Shown piece after piece: positions 8,725 through 16,396 of a DNA stretch of 41,117 nt. The stretch covers positions 1-41,117 of IMG/VR virus record IMGVR_UViG_3300020045_006334. One strand, given 5' to 3'. The stretch is from a virus (taxonomy: Duplodnaviria > Caudoviricetes). Every line of letters starts with the position of its first letter. Position 1 is the first letter of the stretch. A program made the position numbers and the translations under genes. The notes under the pieces are model-generated. The model worked only from the letters and a program-made list of their open reading frames with translations, was not told where the DNA came from and made no database searches.

Positions 8725-9396
8725 TTATTTGATTTCTTCTAGTTTTTTAACTCTAGCATTAAGCCATTTATCTATCTTTTTAGTAAGTTCTATTCGAGCA
8801 TCAGCAGCAGCATCAGCAGCAGCAGCAGCAGCAGAAGCAGACCAAGCAGCATCAGCAGCAGCAGAAGCAGCAGACCAAGCAGCAGCAGACCAAGCAGCAG
8901 CAGCAGCAGCAGCAGAAGCAGCAGACCAAGCAGCAGCAGACCAAGCAGCAGCATCAGCAGCAGAAGCAGCAGCAGCATCAGCAGCAGAAGCAGCAGAAGC
9001 AGACGGATTTTTTAGATAGTTTTTAGCTGCTTCTATAGCTTTTCTAGGTCGATCATCATTAGGATACTTTTTCTCATATATATCAATTACTAATTCAGCA
9101 GCGAATATGGCTAGAGATACTGAATCTTCTTTTGTCCATTTGTATGCTCTAACCGCTTTCATCTCTTGGTATACTTCTTTATCGTTTTCTACTTGACTCT
9201 CTCCTTGGCACTCGACTCTTAAAAGTATTTCTCCTTTTATGTATCCCAATGCCTGTAGAATCGTCTTTGAACAATGATAGCCTTTACTATAGATTTCAAT
9301 TTTCTTAATCGGTTTCTGCCACTTATCTAAAGTCCATTTACATCTACCATTTTCTGACTTCATTCCTGTTCTAATAAACTTCCATCGTTTTATCAT
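8725..9396 (-). CDS. hypothetical protein with an Imm5-like helical domain and Ala-rich repeats
   Basis: FAAELVIDIYEKKYPNDDRPRKAIEAAK followed by AAAWSAA repeats. Confidence 0.7.
   Translation of the reverse strand: MIKRWKFIRTGMKSENGRCKWTLDKWQKPIKKIEIYSKGYHCSKTILQALGYIKGEILLRVECQGESQVENDKEVYQEMKAVRAYKWTKEDSVSLAIFAAELVIDIYEKKYPNDDRPRKAIEAAKNYLKNPSASAASAADAAAASAADAAAWSAAAWSAASAAAAAAAWSAAAWSAASAAADAAWSASAAAAAADAAADARIELTKKIDKWLNARVKKLEEIK
8796..9002. repeat. coding (GCA)n-based low-complexity tandem repeat
   Basis: gcagcagca units interrupted by gaccaa, gaa and tca. Confidence 0.9.
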
Positions 9397-9830
9397 ATGG
9401 GTTTACAATTTTTAATAACGTCCGCACTCAAATACTTCTTACCATCTATCTTGACTACTTTACGAGGGGTGTAGAGGCGAAATGCTGAGTCCTTTAGTTC
9501 ACTAACTAGCCACTCTGTATTATCAATACACCCTCCGTTATCTTCCATAAGATAGCTTTTTCTAACCTCTAGCACCTTCAAAGTTCTTCTTTCGCTTTTA
9601 ACCTTATCTCCTACCTTCAAATCCTCTAGTGGGTTAAGGGGTTCTAGTTCGGATTCCCATACACCATTTAGTCCAATATCTAAACTATAAGAATATTTAC
9701 CCCACCTTTCATTTTGTAATTGAAAATCTTCTATTATTCCAATCTTTCCTCTTAAAATTCTTCCATCTAGAGATATATTTGCATCTTCTTTAATCCTTAC
9801 CATTTGGCCTACTTTAAATTTGTTTGTCAT
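9393..9830 (-). CDS. hypothetical protein with two KOW/SH3-like modules
   Basis: FKVGQMVRI and LKVGDKVK motifs. Confidence 0.6.
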   Translation of the reverse strand: MTNKFKVGQMVRIKEDANISLDGRILRGKIGIIEDFQLQNERWGKYSYSLDIGLNGVWESELEPLNPLEDLKVGDKVKSERRTLKVLEVRKSYLMEDNGGCIDNTEWLVSELKDSAFRLYTPRKVVKIDGKKYLSADVIKNCKPI

Positions 9831-10108
9831 ATACTTTTTAATTTATTTCTTTGTTCTGCACGGAGGGAGTTTCTAGCCTGTCTTTCCTCATCATATTCAC
9901 TGTAATTAAATTCTTCATCTTCCCCTATTAAACTCTCTGCCTCTGTGTGGAAGAGGGAAGCCAGTTCAATAGATAATCTATCGTATTCTTTCTTAGTCAA
10001 ATTACTGTTTTCAAGTATTTCCTCTATCCTTTCTTTTATAGTCATTTTTTTAAATCCTTTATTAACTTCTTCTAATCGATTACTGTGGTGGATGTAGAGT
10101 TTGGTCAT
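9827..10108 (-). CDS. hypothetical protein
   Basis: ORF track; 4-nt overlaps with neighbours. Confidence 0.55.
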   Translation of the reverse strand: MTKLYIHHSNRLEEVNKGFKKMTIKERIEEILENSNLTKKEYDRLSIELASLFHTEAESLIGEDEEFNYSEYDEERQARNSLRAEQRNKLKSI

Positions 10109-10356
10109 TTTAATTTAATTTGTATCATGTCTGAGTTTTTTAATTGATCGCTCGCTGTATCGGTCATCATCCACACATGAGTAGAAACTTTAGCTCTTTG
10201 GGTAATTTCTCTTTTAAGTTTAATCTCGTTCATCTCCATTCGTCCAACAATACAAAGCAGGACGACAATAACCATAAGACTAATCCAAAATGGATAATTG
10301 GTTTTCTTTTCAATAAAGATAAAATCTTTACCTTCAAAATTACTATGTATTTTCAT
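10105..10356 (-). CDS. small membrane protein
   Basis: TM segment FWISLMVIVVLLCIV; ATG at 10356 preferred over TTG at 10392, which lies inside a leader stem. Confidence 0.55.
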   Translation of the reverse strand: MKIHSNFEGKDFIFIEKKTNYPFWISLMVIVVLLCIVGRMEMNEIKLKREITQRAKVSTHVWMMTDTASDQLKNSDMIQIKLK

Positions 10357-10522
10357 ATATTGAATATTTAATAATCTTAAACGAACGCTCAAGAGTCTGA
10401 CTAATCCAACGAAATTACTTTAACGTCGGGCAGGTTACTTTAAGCGTTCCTTTAAGACTCCAAGTAGGCACAGATATTTCATCGAGTTCTTGGGTCTTAT
10501 TTTAATGTTCACTACTATCTCT

Positions 10523-10551
10523 ATACTACCACAGTTATTTACTTTTGTCAA
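10523..10551 (-). promoter_or_regulatory. sigma70-type promoter
   Basis: TTGACA-17-TAGTAT with a TGn extension. Confidence 0.7.
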
Positions 10552-10750
10552 GTGGTCTTAGGGCTTTGCTCTTAATTATGTTTAATTTAGCCTCTTTATA
10601 CTCAACTTTGCTTTCCATCCAAATATCAATACACATATTAACAATAGCACTCATAGACAATTTTAGAGTCTCACAAGTCTTCCTAAACTCTTTGTACTTC
10701 TTTTCTTCTCGGTAATAATGACCATCAATCAATCCGTTTTTTGTATTCAT
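10535..10750 (-). CDS. small protein, possible ribbon-helix-helix DNA-binding regulator
   Basis: YKEFRKTCETLKLSMSAIVNMCIDIWM fits the RHH helix pattern. Confidence 0.45.
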   Translation of the reverse strand: MNTKNGLIDGHYYREEKKYKEFRKTCETLKLSMSAIVNMCIDIWMESKVEYKEAKLNIIKSKALRPLDKSK

Positions 10751-10752
10751 GT

Positions 10753-11052
10753 TTAAAATAATTTACCTGTAAATGGTTCTTGATAAACAAATGTACTTTT
10801 GGTACTCTGCTTTAGTTTTCTAGCTCGTCTAACCCCTTCGGTGGCTTGTAGTTCAGGAAAGTCCTCTTGTAATTTCTGGCGTGTTCTTCTAATGGTTTCA
10901 ACACTAGGAGCGTTCATAAACGCCTCTAAGGTTATCGTTCCATATTTTACAAACCCTCCATCAACCCAAACCTTCCAAATTAACATCTTGTCTGAATTAC
11001 GAAGTTCGGGAAACTCTACCAGCAGGTGTTTAATCTTAATATATAGTCTCAT
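10753..11052 (-). CDS. hypothetical phage protein (possible HTH-like)
   Basis: PELRNSDKMLIW...PSVETIRRTRQKLQE. Confidence 0.6.
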   Translation of the reverse strand: MRLYIKIKHLLVEFPELRNSDKMLIWKVWVDGGFVKYGTITLEAFMNAPSVETIRRTRQKLQEDFPELQATEGVRRARKLKQSTKSTFVYQEPFTGKLF

Positions 11053-11306
11053 TCTACAAAAATATTAGTAACTTCGTTTATTCTATCTTGATGTAGTTGT
11101 TCTTGAAAATCTTGATCGTGGTCGTGTTCTTCGGTAGATTTTTCAAACTTCCAAACCCTTCTTGGAACGGTTATTTTTCTTCTAAGAATTTCTGCATCAC
11201 AGATTATTAAATCTACTCCGTCAGACTCATTTCTTTCAATAATTAAGCCCTTATCTGATAGAGATTTTATGTAGTCTCTAAAATCAGCAATTCTTGGTTC
11301 GTTCAT
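11049..11306 (-). CDS. hypothetical protein
   Basis: ORF track. Confidence 0.55.
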   Translation of the reverse strand: MNEPRIADFRDYIKSLSDKGLIIERNESDGVDLIICDAEILRRKITVPRRVWKFEKSTEEHDHDQDFQEQLHQDRINEVTNIFVE

Positions 11307-11510
11307 TTTTTAATTAGTTTATATATAATGTAACCAGAAATACAACCACATATAAATGCAATAATATTTGTCATTTTATTAATTTTTCTAGTTTAGTAAT
11401 AAGTTCACCAATTTTGATATCATCATTTCTAACTACCATCTCCATCAAGACAATTAAAATATCTACTTTTAGTTGTAAGAGTTCTGTTTTAGTTTTGTTT
11501 TCCATAGACT

Positions 11511-11891
11511 TTAAAAAGGGGGTTCTTCATTAATTAAAGTAGGAGCTTCGTAGTCTTGTGCCGTTCTATCGTTATCTTCGTTGATCCATTGAACATAATC
11601 ACAACCAATGGCTCTTTTATTAATGGGATCCCATCCTGCTCCGCTACACTTCATCATTTTCTTACCTGTCTTGGTTTCTTTATATACGAGCATCTTTCCA
11701 CATTTGGGACAGACTTCACCTTTAGGGGTATTGGCTGTAGGGGTAATATACTTACTGTAAGCCTCTCTGATGGCTTTAAATTGGGGAACAGCCCATGATT
11801 TAAGTCTTATATAGTCTTCCTCATTATCAGCCTTTATAACGAGTCCTGGGTTGTTGTTTATAATACTTATGGTTACGCCTTTATCTTCCAT
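11511..11891 (-). CDS. topoisomerase-type C4 zinc-ribbon protein with an acidic ...EEPPF tail
   Basis: CPKCGKMLVYKETKTGKKMMKCS...CDYVQW. Confidence 0.7.
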   Translation of the reverse strand: MEDKGVTISIINNNPGLVIKADNEEDYIRLKSWAVPQFKAIREAYSKYITPTANTPKGEVCPKCGKMLVYKETKTGKKMMKCSGAGWDPINKRAIGCDYVQWINEDNDRTAQDYEAPTLINEEPPF

Positions 11892-12027
11892 TTAATCTAT
11901 ATGATTTATAATTTCGTTAAGGGGATAAGAGTAGAAGTTCAGTTCCAAGAGTTTTTGTAGCCGTATTGGGCTGACTCTTAATTGGTTCTTATTCCTTGTT
12001 TATCCCCCTTTTAACGATCTAAGTAAT

Positions 12028-12056
12028 AGTATACTACCATAGTGTCTAGTTGTCAA
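12028..12056 (-). promoter_or_regulatory. sigma70-type promoter
   Basis: TTGACA-17-TATACT. Confidence 0.75.
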
Positions 12057-12262
12057 GTAAGTCTTTGCCAAGGCTTCTCGTACTTACCATCAAGTCTAAA
12101 ATCACTGAGATGTCTCATTAAGCCATAACGATTTAATATTTCACTAGCTTTCTCAGAACTACAAATTTTTAGGTTAGTGAACATACCCAAGTTAAAATCC
12201 TTCGTAATATATAGACGGACTACTTTAGCTTCTAAAGGTTCGTTATATTCTAAGTCGGTCAT
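12053..12262 (-). CDS. hypothetical protein
   Basis: ORF track; ATGA overlap with the methyltransferase. Confidence 0.55.
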   Translation of the reverse strand: MTDLEYNEPLEAKVVRLYITKDFNLGMFTNLKICSSEKASEILNRYGLMRHLSDFRLDGKYEKPWQRLT

Positions 12263-13107
12263 TTGATTGCTTTCATAATTTGCATAACTACTTCTGGAAC
12301 AATGGCGTTTCCAAGGGCTTTAAGTCGGTGAACCCTATCGGATACCCCATCATCCATTCGACAAAGGCGGGTTGCAACCTCAAGCCAGTTTTTATCCCAT
12401 TCTCTTGTGCTAAAACTCCGATACTTGTCAGATTGAGACCGTGTGTTCCTGCTAGGTTTGATTTCCGATTCTGACCTCCCATACTTGCCGATGGAGTGGG
12501 CAACGATCCAGACTCTGTCCCGCCGATGTGGTGCATTGACGGCGACAGCTGGAATAATAAACGGTTGGACTTCGTAACCTTCGTTTTCCAAGTCAAGGCA
12601 CACTTGTTCGAGTACCATTCCTTCATTCCAAGTAACGAAGCCACCAACGTTTTCACCAATAATCCATGTCGGTTTTGTAAGTCGTATAACTCTAAGCATT
12701 TCAGGCCAGAGGTAGCGGTCATCTGCTGTTCCTCGTCTTTTTCCAGCTTGGGAAAAAGGCTGACAAGGGAAACCTCCAGTGAGGAGATCAACGGTGTCCC
12801 ATCCAATTTCCTGTGTCCATAGTTTATTAACTCCCGAAGGTTCTGGCTGAGATAACTTCTTCCTGGTCTCGCCTTTTGATTGTGTTCTACTATCCTCTCT
12901 AATTTCTTTGGTTCTAGACTCTCCAGGGTATTCGGAGTTGGTAGTAATGGTTCGTATGTCGCCATATATTTTAGAATTAGGCCAATGCTTTGCTAATACT
13001 TTTTGACAGAATGGGTCTATTTCGCAAAAGATATGCTCTGCTTTCCATATCTGATCGACTGCATAAGCAAATCCCCCAATACCTGAAAATAAGTCTAAGT
13101 GTTTCAT
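12259..13107 (-). CDS. DNA (cytosine-5) methyltransferase, catalytic (alpha-like) subunit lacking motif IX
   Basis: LDLFSGIGGF, GGFPCQPFS, GENV, PHRRDRVWIV and LKALGNAIVP motifs. Confidence 0.9.
   Translation of the reverse strand: MKHLDLFSGIGGFAYAVDQIWKAEHIFCEIDPFCQKVLAKHWPNSKIYGDIRTITTNSEYPGESRTKEIREDSRTQSKGETRKKLSQPEPSGVNKLWTQEIGWDTVDLLTGGFPCQPFSQAGKRRGTADDRYLWPEMLRVIRLTKPTWIIGENVGGFVTWNEGMVLEQVCLDLENEGYEVQPFIIPAVAVNAPHRRDRVWIVAHSIGKYGRSESEIKPSRNTRSQSDKYRSFSTREWDKNWLEVATRLCRMDDGVSDRVHRLKALGNAIVPEVVMQIMKAIK
12288..12965 (-). CDS. nested out-of-frame methyltransferase beta-like subunit (motif IX and TRD-like segments)
   Basis: 225-codon ORF wholly inside the MTase in another frame; RLQPAFVEWMMGYPIGFT and two LPTP motifs. 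Confidence 0.72.
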   Translation of the reverse strand: MATYEPLLPTPNTLESLEPKKLERIVEHNQKARPGRSYLSQNLRELINYGHRKLDGTPLISSLEVSLVSLFPKLEKDEEQQMTATSGLKCLELYDLQNRHGLLVKTLVASLLGMKEWYSNKCALTWKTKVTKSNRLLFQLSPSMHHIGGTESGSLPTPSASMGGQNRKSNLAGTHGLNLTSIGVLAQENGIKTGLRLQPAFVEWMMGYPIGFTDLKPLETPLFQK

Positions 13108-13242
13108 TCATTTTTTATGAAGTAGTAAATAAATAGACGAAAGCATTAAAATTTCTCCATCCCAACTTTGTCCGAGTACAAAAAGCACCATACCTCCTAT
13201 AAATAAGAATTCTACTAAGATATTTAAGATTTTGTCTATCAT
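13108..13242 (-). CDS. small hydrophobic protein (44 aa), probably leaderless
   Basis: MIDKILNILVEFLFIGGMVLFVLG...; TTGCTT-17-TACCAT ends 6 nt upstream (13249-13277). Confidence 0.55.
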   Translation of the reverse strand: MIDKILNILVEFLFIGGMVLFVLGQSWDGEILMLSSIYLLLHKK

Positions 13243-13289
13243 GTATCTATGGTAGCATAGTATTATGTTAAAAGCAAGTTTATGGCACG

Positions 13290-13765
13290 TTTTTTTATAC
13301 CCTGTCTCTCCCCAGGGATCAGATAATTTTTCTTGTCTCCCCTCTTTCTGCTTCCCCTTCTCTTCACTTTGCTTTGCCTATACGGTGAGTACACCGTTTT
13401 TTAGACGTACTCACTTCCGTATGAGGTGATCAACTTTCGTTTTTCAGTTTGCTTCGTTCGAGTTGGTTCTTCAGAGGGCTGGCAGTCTTAAACTCCCGCC
13501 AGCGAGTTAAAGTTGATAATCAACTTTTAAAACTAGGGACGAAGGCATTGATCTCTTTTTCCCTAGTCTTAAAAACTGACTATTAAAAGTACAAAAAAGA
13601 CCATCGAAAATTAAATAACGACGGCCTTATTTTGTAATCTATTGTGTATAGCATTTTAATGCTAAAAAACCCCTTTGGACTGAGCTGTGCTGTGTGAGTT
13701 AGACACAGCCCACGCCAAAAGGGTGTCTCACACATTCGTTTGTAGTCCACTAAGATTTCTTAGTA
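13290..13765 (-). ncRNA. putative structured non-coding RNA / long leader
   Basis: No substantial ORF; at least five stems, several completed by G-U pairs only on the minus strand; downstream of a TTGACA promoter. Ends are approximate. Confidence 0.5.
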
Positions 13766-13771
13766 ATTAAC

Positions 13772-13800
13772 AATATACAATAAAAAAGACCCTTTGTCAA
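13772..13800 (-). promoter_or_regulatory. sigma70-type promoter
   Basis: TTGACA-17-TATATT. Confidence 0.7.
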
Positions 13801-13813
13801 ATAGGATCTTTTT
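13781..13813 (-). terminator. intrinsic terminator-like hairpin
   Basis: aaaaagatcct-atttgacaa-agggtctttttt on the minus strand. Confidence 0.55.
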
Positions 13814-13875
13814 CATAACTCGATTGGCCATCTTTGTTACTGGGAACTAGCCCATGCAGAGTTATTTGCACCTAA

Positions 13876-13905
13876 ATTATACATACCCCATATCCTATCT
13901 GTCAA
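13876..13905 (-). promoter_or_regulatory. consensus sigma70 promoter
   Basis: TTGACA-18-TATAAT. Confidence 0.75.
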
Positions 13906-13976
13906 GTAGCAACGCTATACCAACCTATTTTAATATATACCCCCATTAAACACTAAAATGGTATAATAAATCCATA

Positions 13977-14267
13977 ATGAATAATATTTCAAAAACATTT
14001 TCTCCGTTTCCTGGTTGGATAATCGCTACTCCTTATATTTCTAAAACTCAAACATTTAATTCTCTCAAAGAAGAAGCTGGTTCAGCTCAAAAGTCGACAG
14101 TTATTGCTATTGGAGACTCTTTTATTGACGATCATGGAAACAAACGAGAGTGTCCTTGTAAAGTAGGAGACGTGGTTCTTCATCAATATGTAAATGACGA
14201 CTACGAACTAGGAATGGATAAATATCGTGCCATTAAATTTTATCAAGTAATAGCTAATTTGAAATGA
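13977..14267 (+). CDS. groES: co-chaperonin GroES (divergent)
   Basis: TVIAIGDSFIDDHGNKRECPCKVGDVVL; 96 aa; lies upstream of groEL. Confidence 0.85.
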   Translation: MNNISKTFSPFPGWIIATPYISKTQTFNSLKEEAGSAQKSTVIAIGDSFIDDHGNKRECPCKVGDVVLHQYVNDDYELGMDKYRAIKFYQVIANLK

Positions 14268-14716
14268 GAAGAAAACCAGTAACCCTTAACTGTTTGGTTT
14301 GTAAGAAGGAGTTTTCTGTTGTATTATCGAGAGCTAAAAAAGCAAAATATTGTAGTCGTGCTTGTGTAAACATTGCGTGGAAAAAGTTTTTTTCAAAAGA
14401 AGGCAACCCTAAGTGGAAAAATGGAGTAAAAATGAACGCTTCCGGTTATCGAACAATCGCTTCACCAAATCATCCATATAAAGACAAACAGGGATATGTT
14501 AGAGAACACCACTTGGTTATGGAGAAAAAAATAGGTAGATATGTTTTACCCCATGAAGTTGTCCATCACCTAGATGAAAATAAACTCAATAACGATATCT
14601 CCAATCTGGTACTGCTTTCAAGTAAGTCAGAACATATTAAAAAATACCACCGAGACTCTGGTAAGGAAACTTGGTTTAAGAAAGGAATAAGAAATGTCTT
14701 CGCAAATACTCTTTAG
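14264..14716 (+). CDS. HNH homing endonuclease with N-terminal Cys motifs
   Basis: YVREHHLVME...EVVHHLDENKLNNDISNL. Confidence 0.88.
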   Translation: MRRKPVTLNCLVCKKEFSVVLSRAKKAKYCSRACVNIAWKKFFSKEGNPKWKNGVKMNASGYRTIASPNHPYKDKQGYVREHHLVMEKKIGRYVLPHEVVHHLDENKLNNDISNLVLLSSKSEHIKKYHRDSGKETWFKKGIRNVFANTL

Positions 14717-16262
14717 AACAGAAGCACAGAATAAACTCATTGAAGGACTTAATATCTTAGCCGATGCCGTAGGCACAACTTTAGGACCGAGAGGAATGAA
14801 CTGTGCCATTGATAAGGGGTATATGCATACGGTCGTCCATGACGGGATTACAGTAGCAAGATCGATAGATCTAAAAGACCCTTATGTGAACCTTGGAGTA
14901 AAGATAGCAAGAGAAGCGGCTCAGAAAACTGTCGACCAGGTTGGGGACGGCACAAGCGTAACCACAATTTTAGTGCAAGCGATAGTAAATGAGGCCATCA
15001 AAATCACCTCCTCTGGCACTAACGCCATGTCCCTCCGCCGTGAACTTGAGGGAGGAGTCAAGAAACTGATCGAGAAATTGAACACTCTAGGTACACCAAT
15101 AGAAAATCTTAAACAGAAAATAAATATAGCTACCATTTCCTCAGAAGACCCCGAATTAGGCAAGATGGTAGCCGAGACTATACACAAAATTGGTATCGAT
15201 GGAGTGATAACAGTTGAGGAGTCTAAAATGCCAGACACAGTTATAGAAATGCAAGAAGGAATGCAGATTGATAAAGGTTATACACATCCGTTCATGGTTA
15301 CAGAACCAGAACGTCAGATAGCGGTTTTAGAAGATGTCCACATTTTAATCACAGACATACCACTTTCTAACTTAATAGATATTGGTAAATTCTTAGAGAA
15401 CGAGGTTTTAGGTAAAGGAGTTAATAAGATGGTCTTTATCAGTCCTGAAATCGGTGGAGACTTTTTGACTGCTTTACTCGGAGCTAAAGTAAATGGAAAA
15501 TTCTTGGGTCTTTCGGTTCGTGCTCCAATGGTGGGATCGCATCAGACAGAAGCTCTACAAGACTTGTGTTCTTTAACTGGAGCTAAACTCGTAAGTAAGG
15601 ATGGGGGACATAAGTTTGACGAGATTGATTTAACCTGGTGTGGAAAAGTAAAAAGGATTGTATCTACGAAATTTAACTCTACGATTACAGGCGGAGATGG
15701 ACACAAAGACGATATTTTAAGACGTATTCAGATCATTAAAGAACAGATGAAAGACGACACTCTTTCAGAATTTGATAGAGAAAAACTACGAGAACGGCTA
15801 GGTAAACTCACTGATGGTATAGCAGTCATCAAAGTTGGCGGTGAAACTGAGGTAGAGATGAAGGAGAGGAAAGAAAGAGTGATTGACGCAGTCGCCGCCA
15901 CCCAAGCCGCCACAAAGTACGGGATAGTACCAGGAGGAGAAATAATCTATTTAATCATTTCAGAAGTCTTAGACAAGACTATTCTAGGCGAAAAAATCCT
16001 ATTTGATGCACTTTCGAGACCATTTAAGAAGTTAGTAGAAAATGCAGGATTTGATGGAGGTCAGATGTTATCCGAGTTCGGACATAATAAAGGTAAAGGG
16101 TTGGATGTTACTGATGGTGTTTGGAAAGACATGATTAAAGAGGGAATAATCGACCCTTTATCTGTATCGACTACCGCTATAAAGACAGCAGTTAGTGTGG
16201 CTATCCAATTATTAACAACTGGGTGTGCAATAGTACCTGATAAAGAAGATGAAACAAAATAA
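14694..16262 (+). CDS. groEL: chaperonin GroEL
   Basis: TTLGPRG, HDGITVA, GDGTS, EGMQIDKGY, IKVGGETEVEMKERKERVIDA, GIVPGG and GIIDP motifs. Confidence 0.97.
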   Translation: MSSQILFRTEAQNKLIEGLNILADAVGTTLGPRGMNCAIDKGYMHTVVHDGITVARSIDLKDPYVNLGVKIAREAAQKTVDQVGDGTSVTTILVQAIVNEAIKITSSGTNAMSLRRELEGGVKKLIEKLNTLGTPIENLKQKINIATISSEDPELGKMVAETIHKIGIDGVITVEESKMPDTVIEMQEGMQIDKGYTHPFMVTEPERQIAVLEDVHILITDIPLSNLIDIGKFLENEVLGKGVNKMVFISPEIGGDFLTALLGAKVNGKFLGLSVRAPMVGSHQTEALQDLCSLTGAKLVSKDGGHKFDEIDLTWCGKVKRIVSTKFNSTITGGDGHKDDILRRIQIIKEQMKDDTLSEFDREKLRERLGKLTDGIAVIKVGGETEVEMKERKERVIDAVAATQAATKYGIVPGGEIIYLIISEVLDKTILGEKILFDALSRPFKKLVENAGFDGGQMLSEFGHNKGKGLDVTDGVWKDMIKEGIIDPLSVSTTAIKTAVSVAIQLLTTGCAIVPDKEDETK

Positions 16263-16396
16263 TATAAATGAAGACTGGACGATTAGCCAGATAATTTCTG
16301 TATATAATCACACGTTAATTACAAAAGAAGAAGCACGACTATTAACAGTGACTTTCTTTAGAAAATTATTAGGAGTACCAAAAGTAAAATTACCAG

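Noticed and set aside
8729-9019. Poly-Ala (+) and poly-Leu (-) ORFs, or a CRISPR-like repeat
   Set aside because: These are shadows of the GCT-repeat coding tract; there are no unique spacers between constant repeats.
13425-13475. Hammerhead ribozyme (CUGAAGA...GAAA on the minus strand)
   Set aside because: Stem II and the flanking stems do not pair as required.
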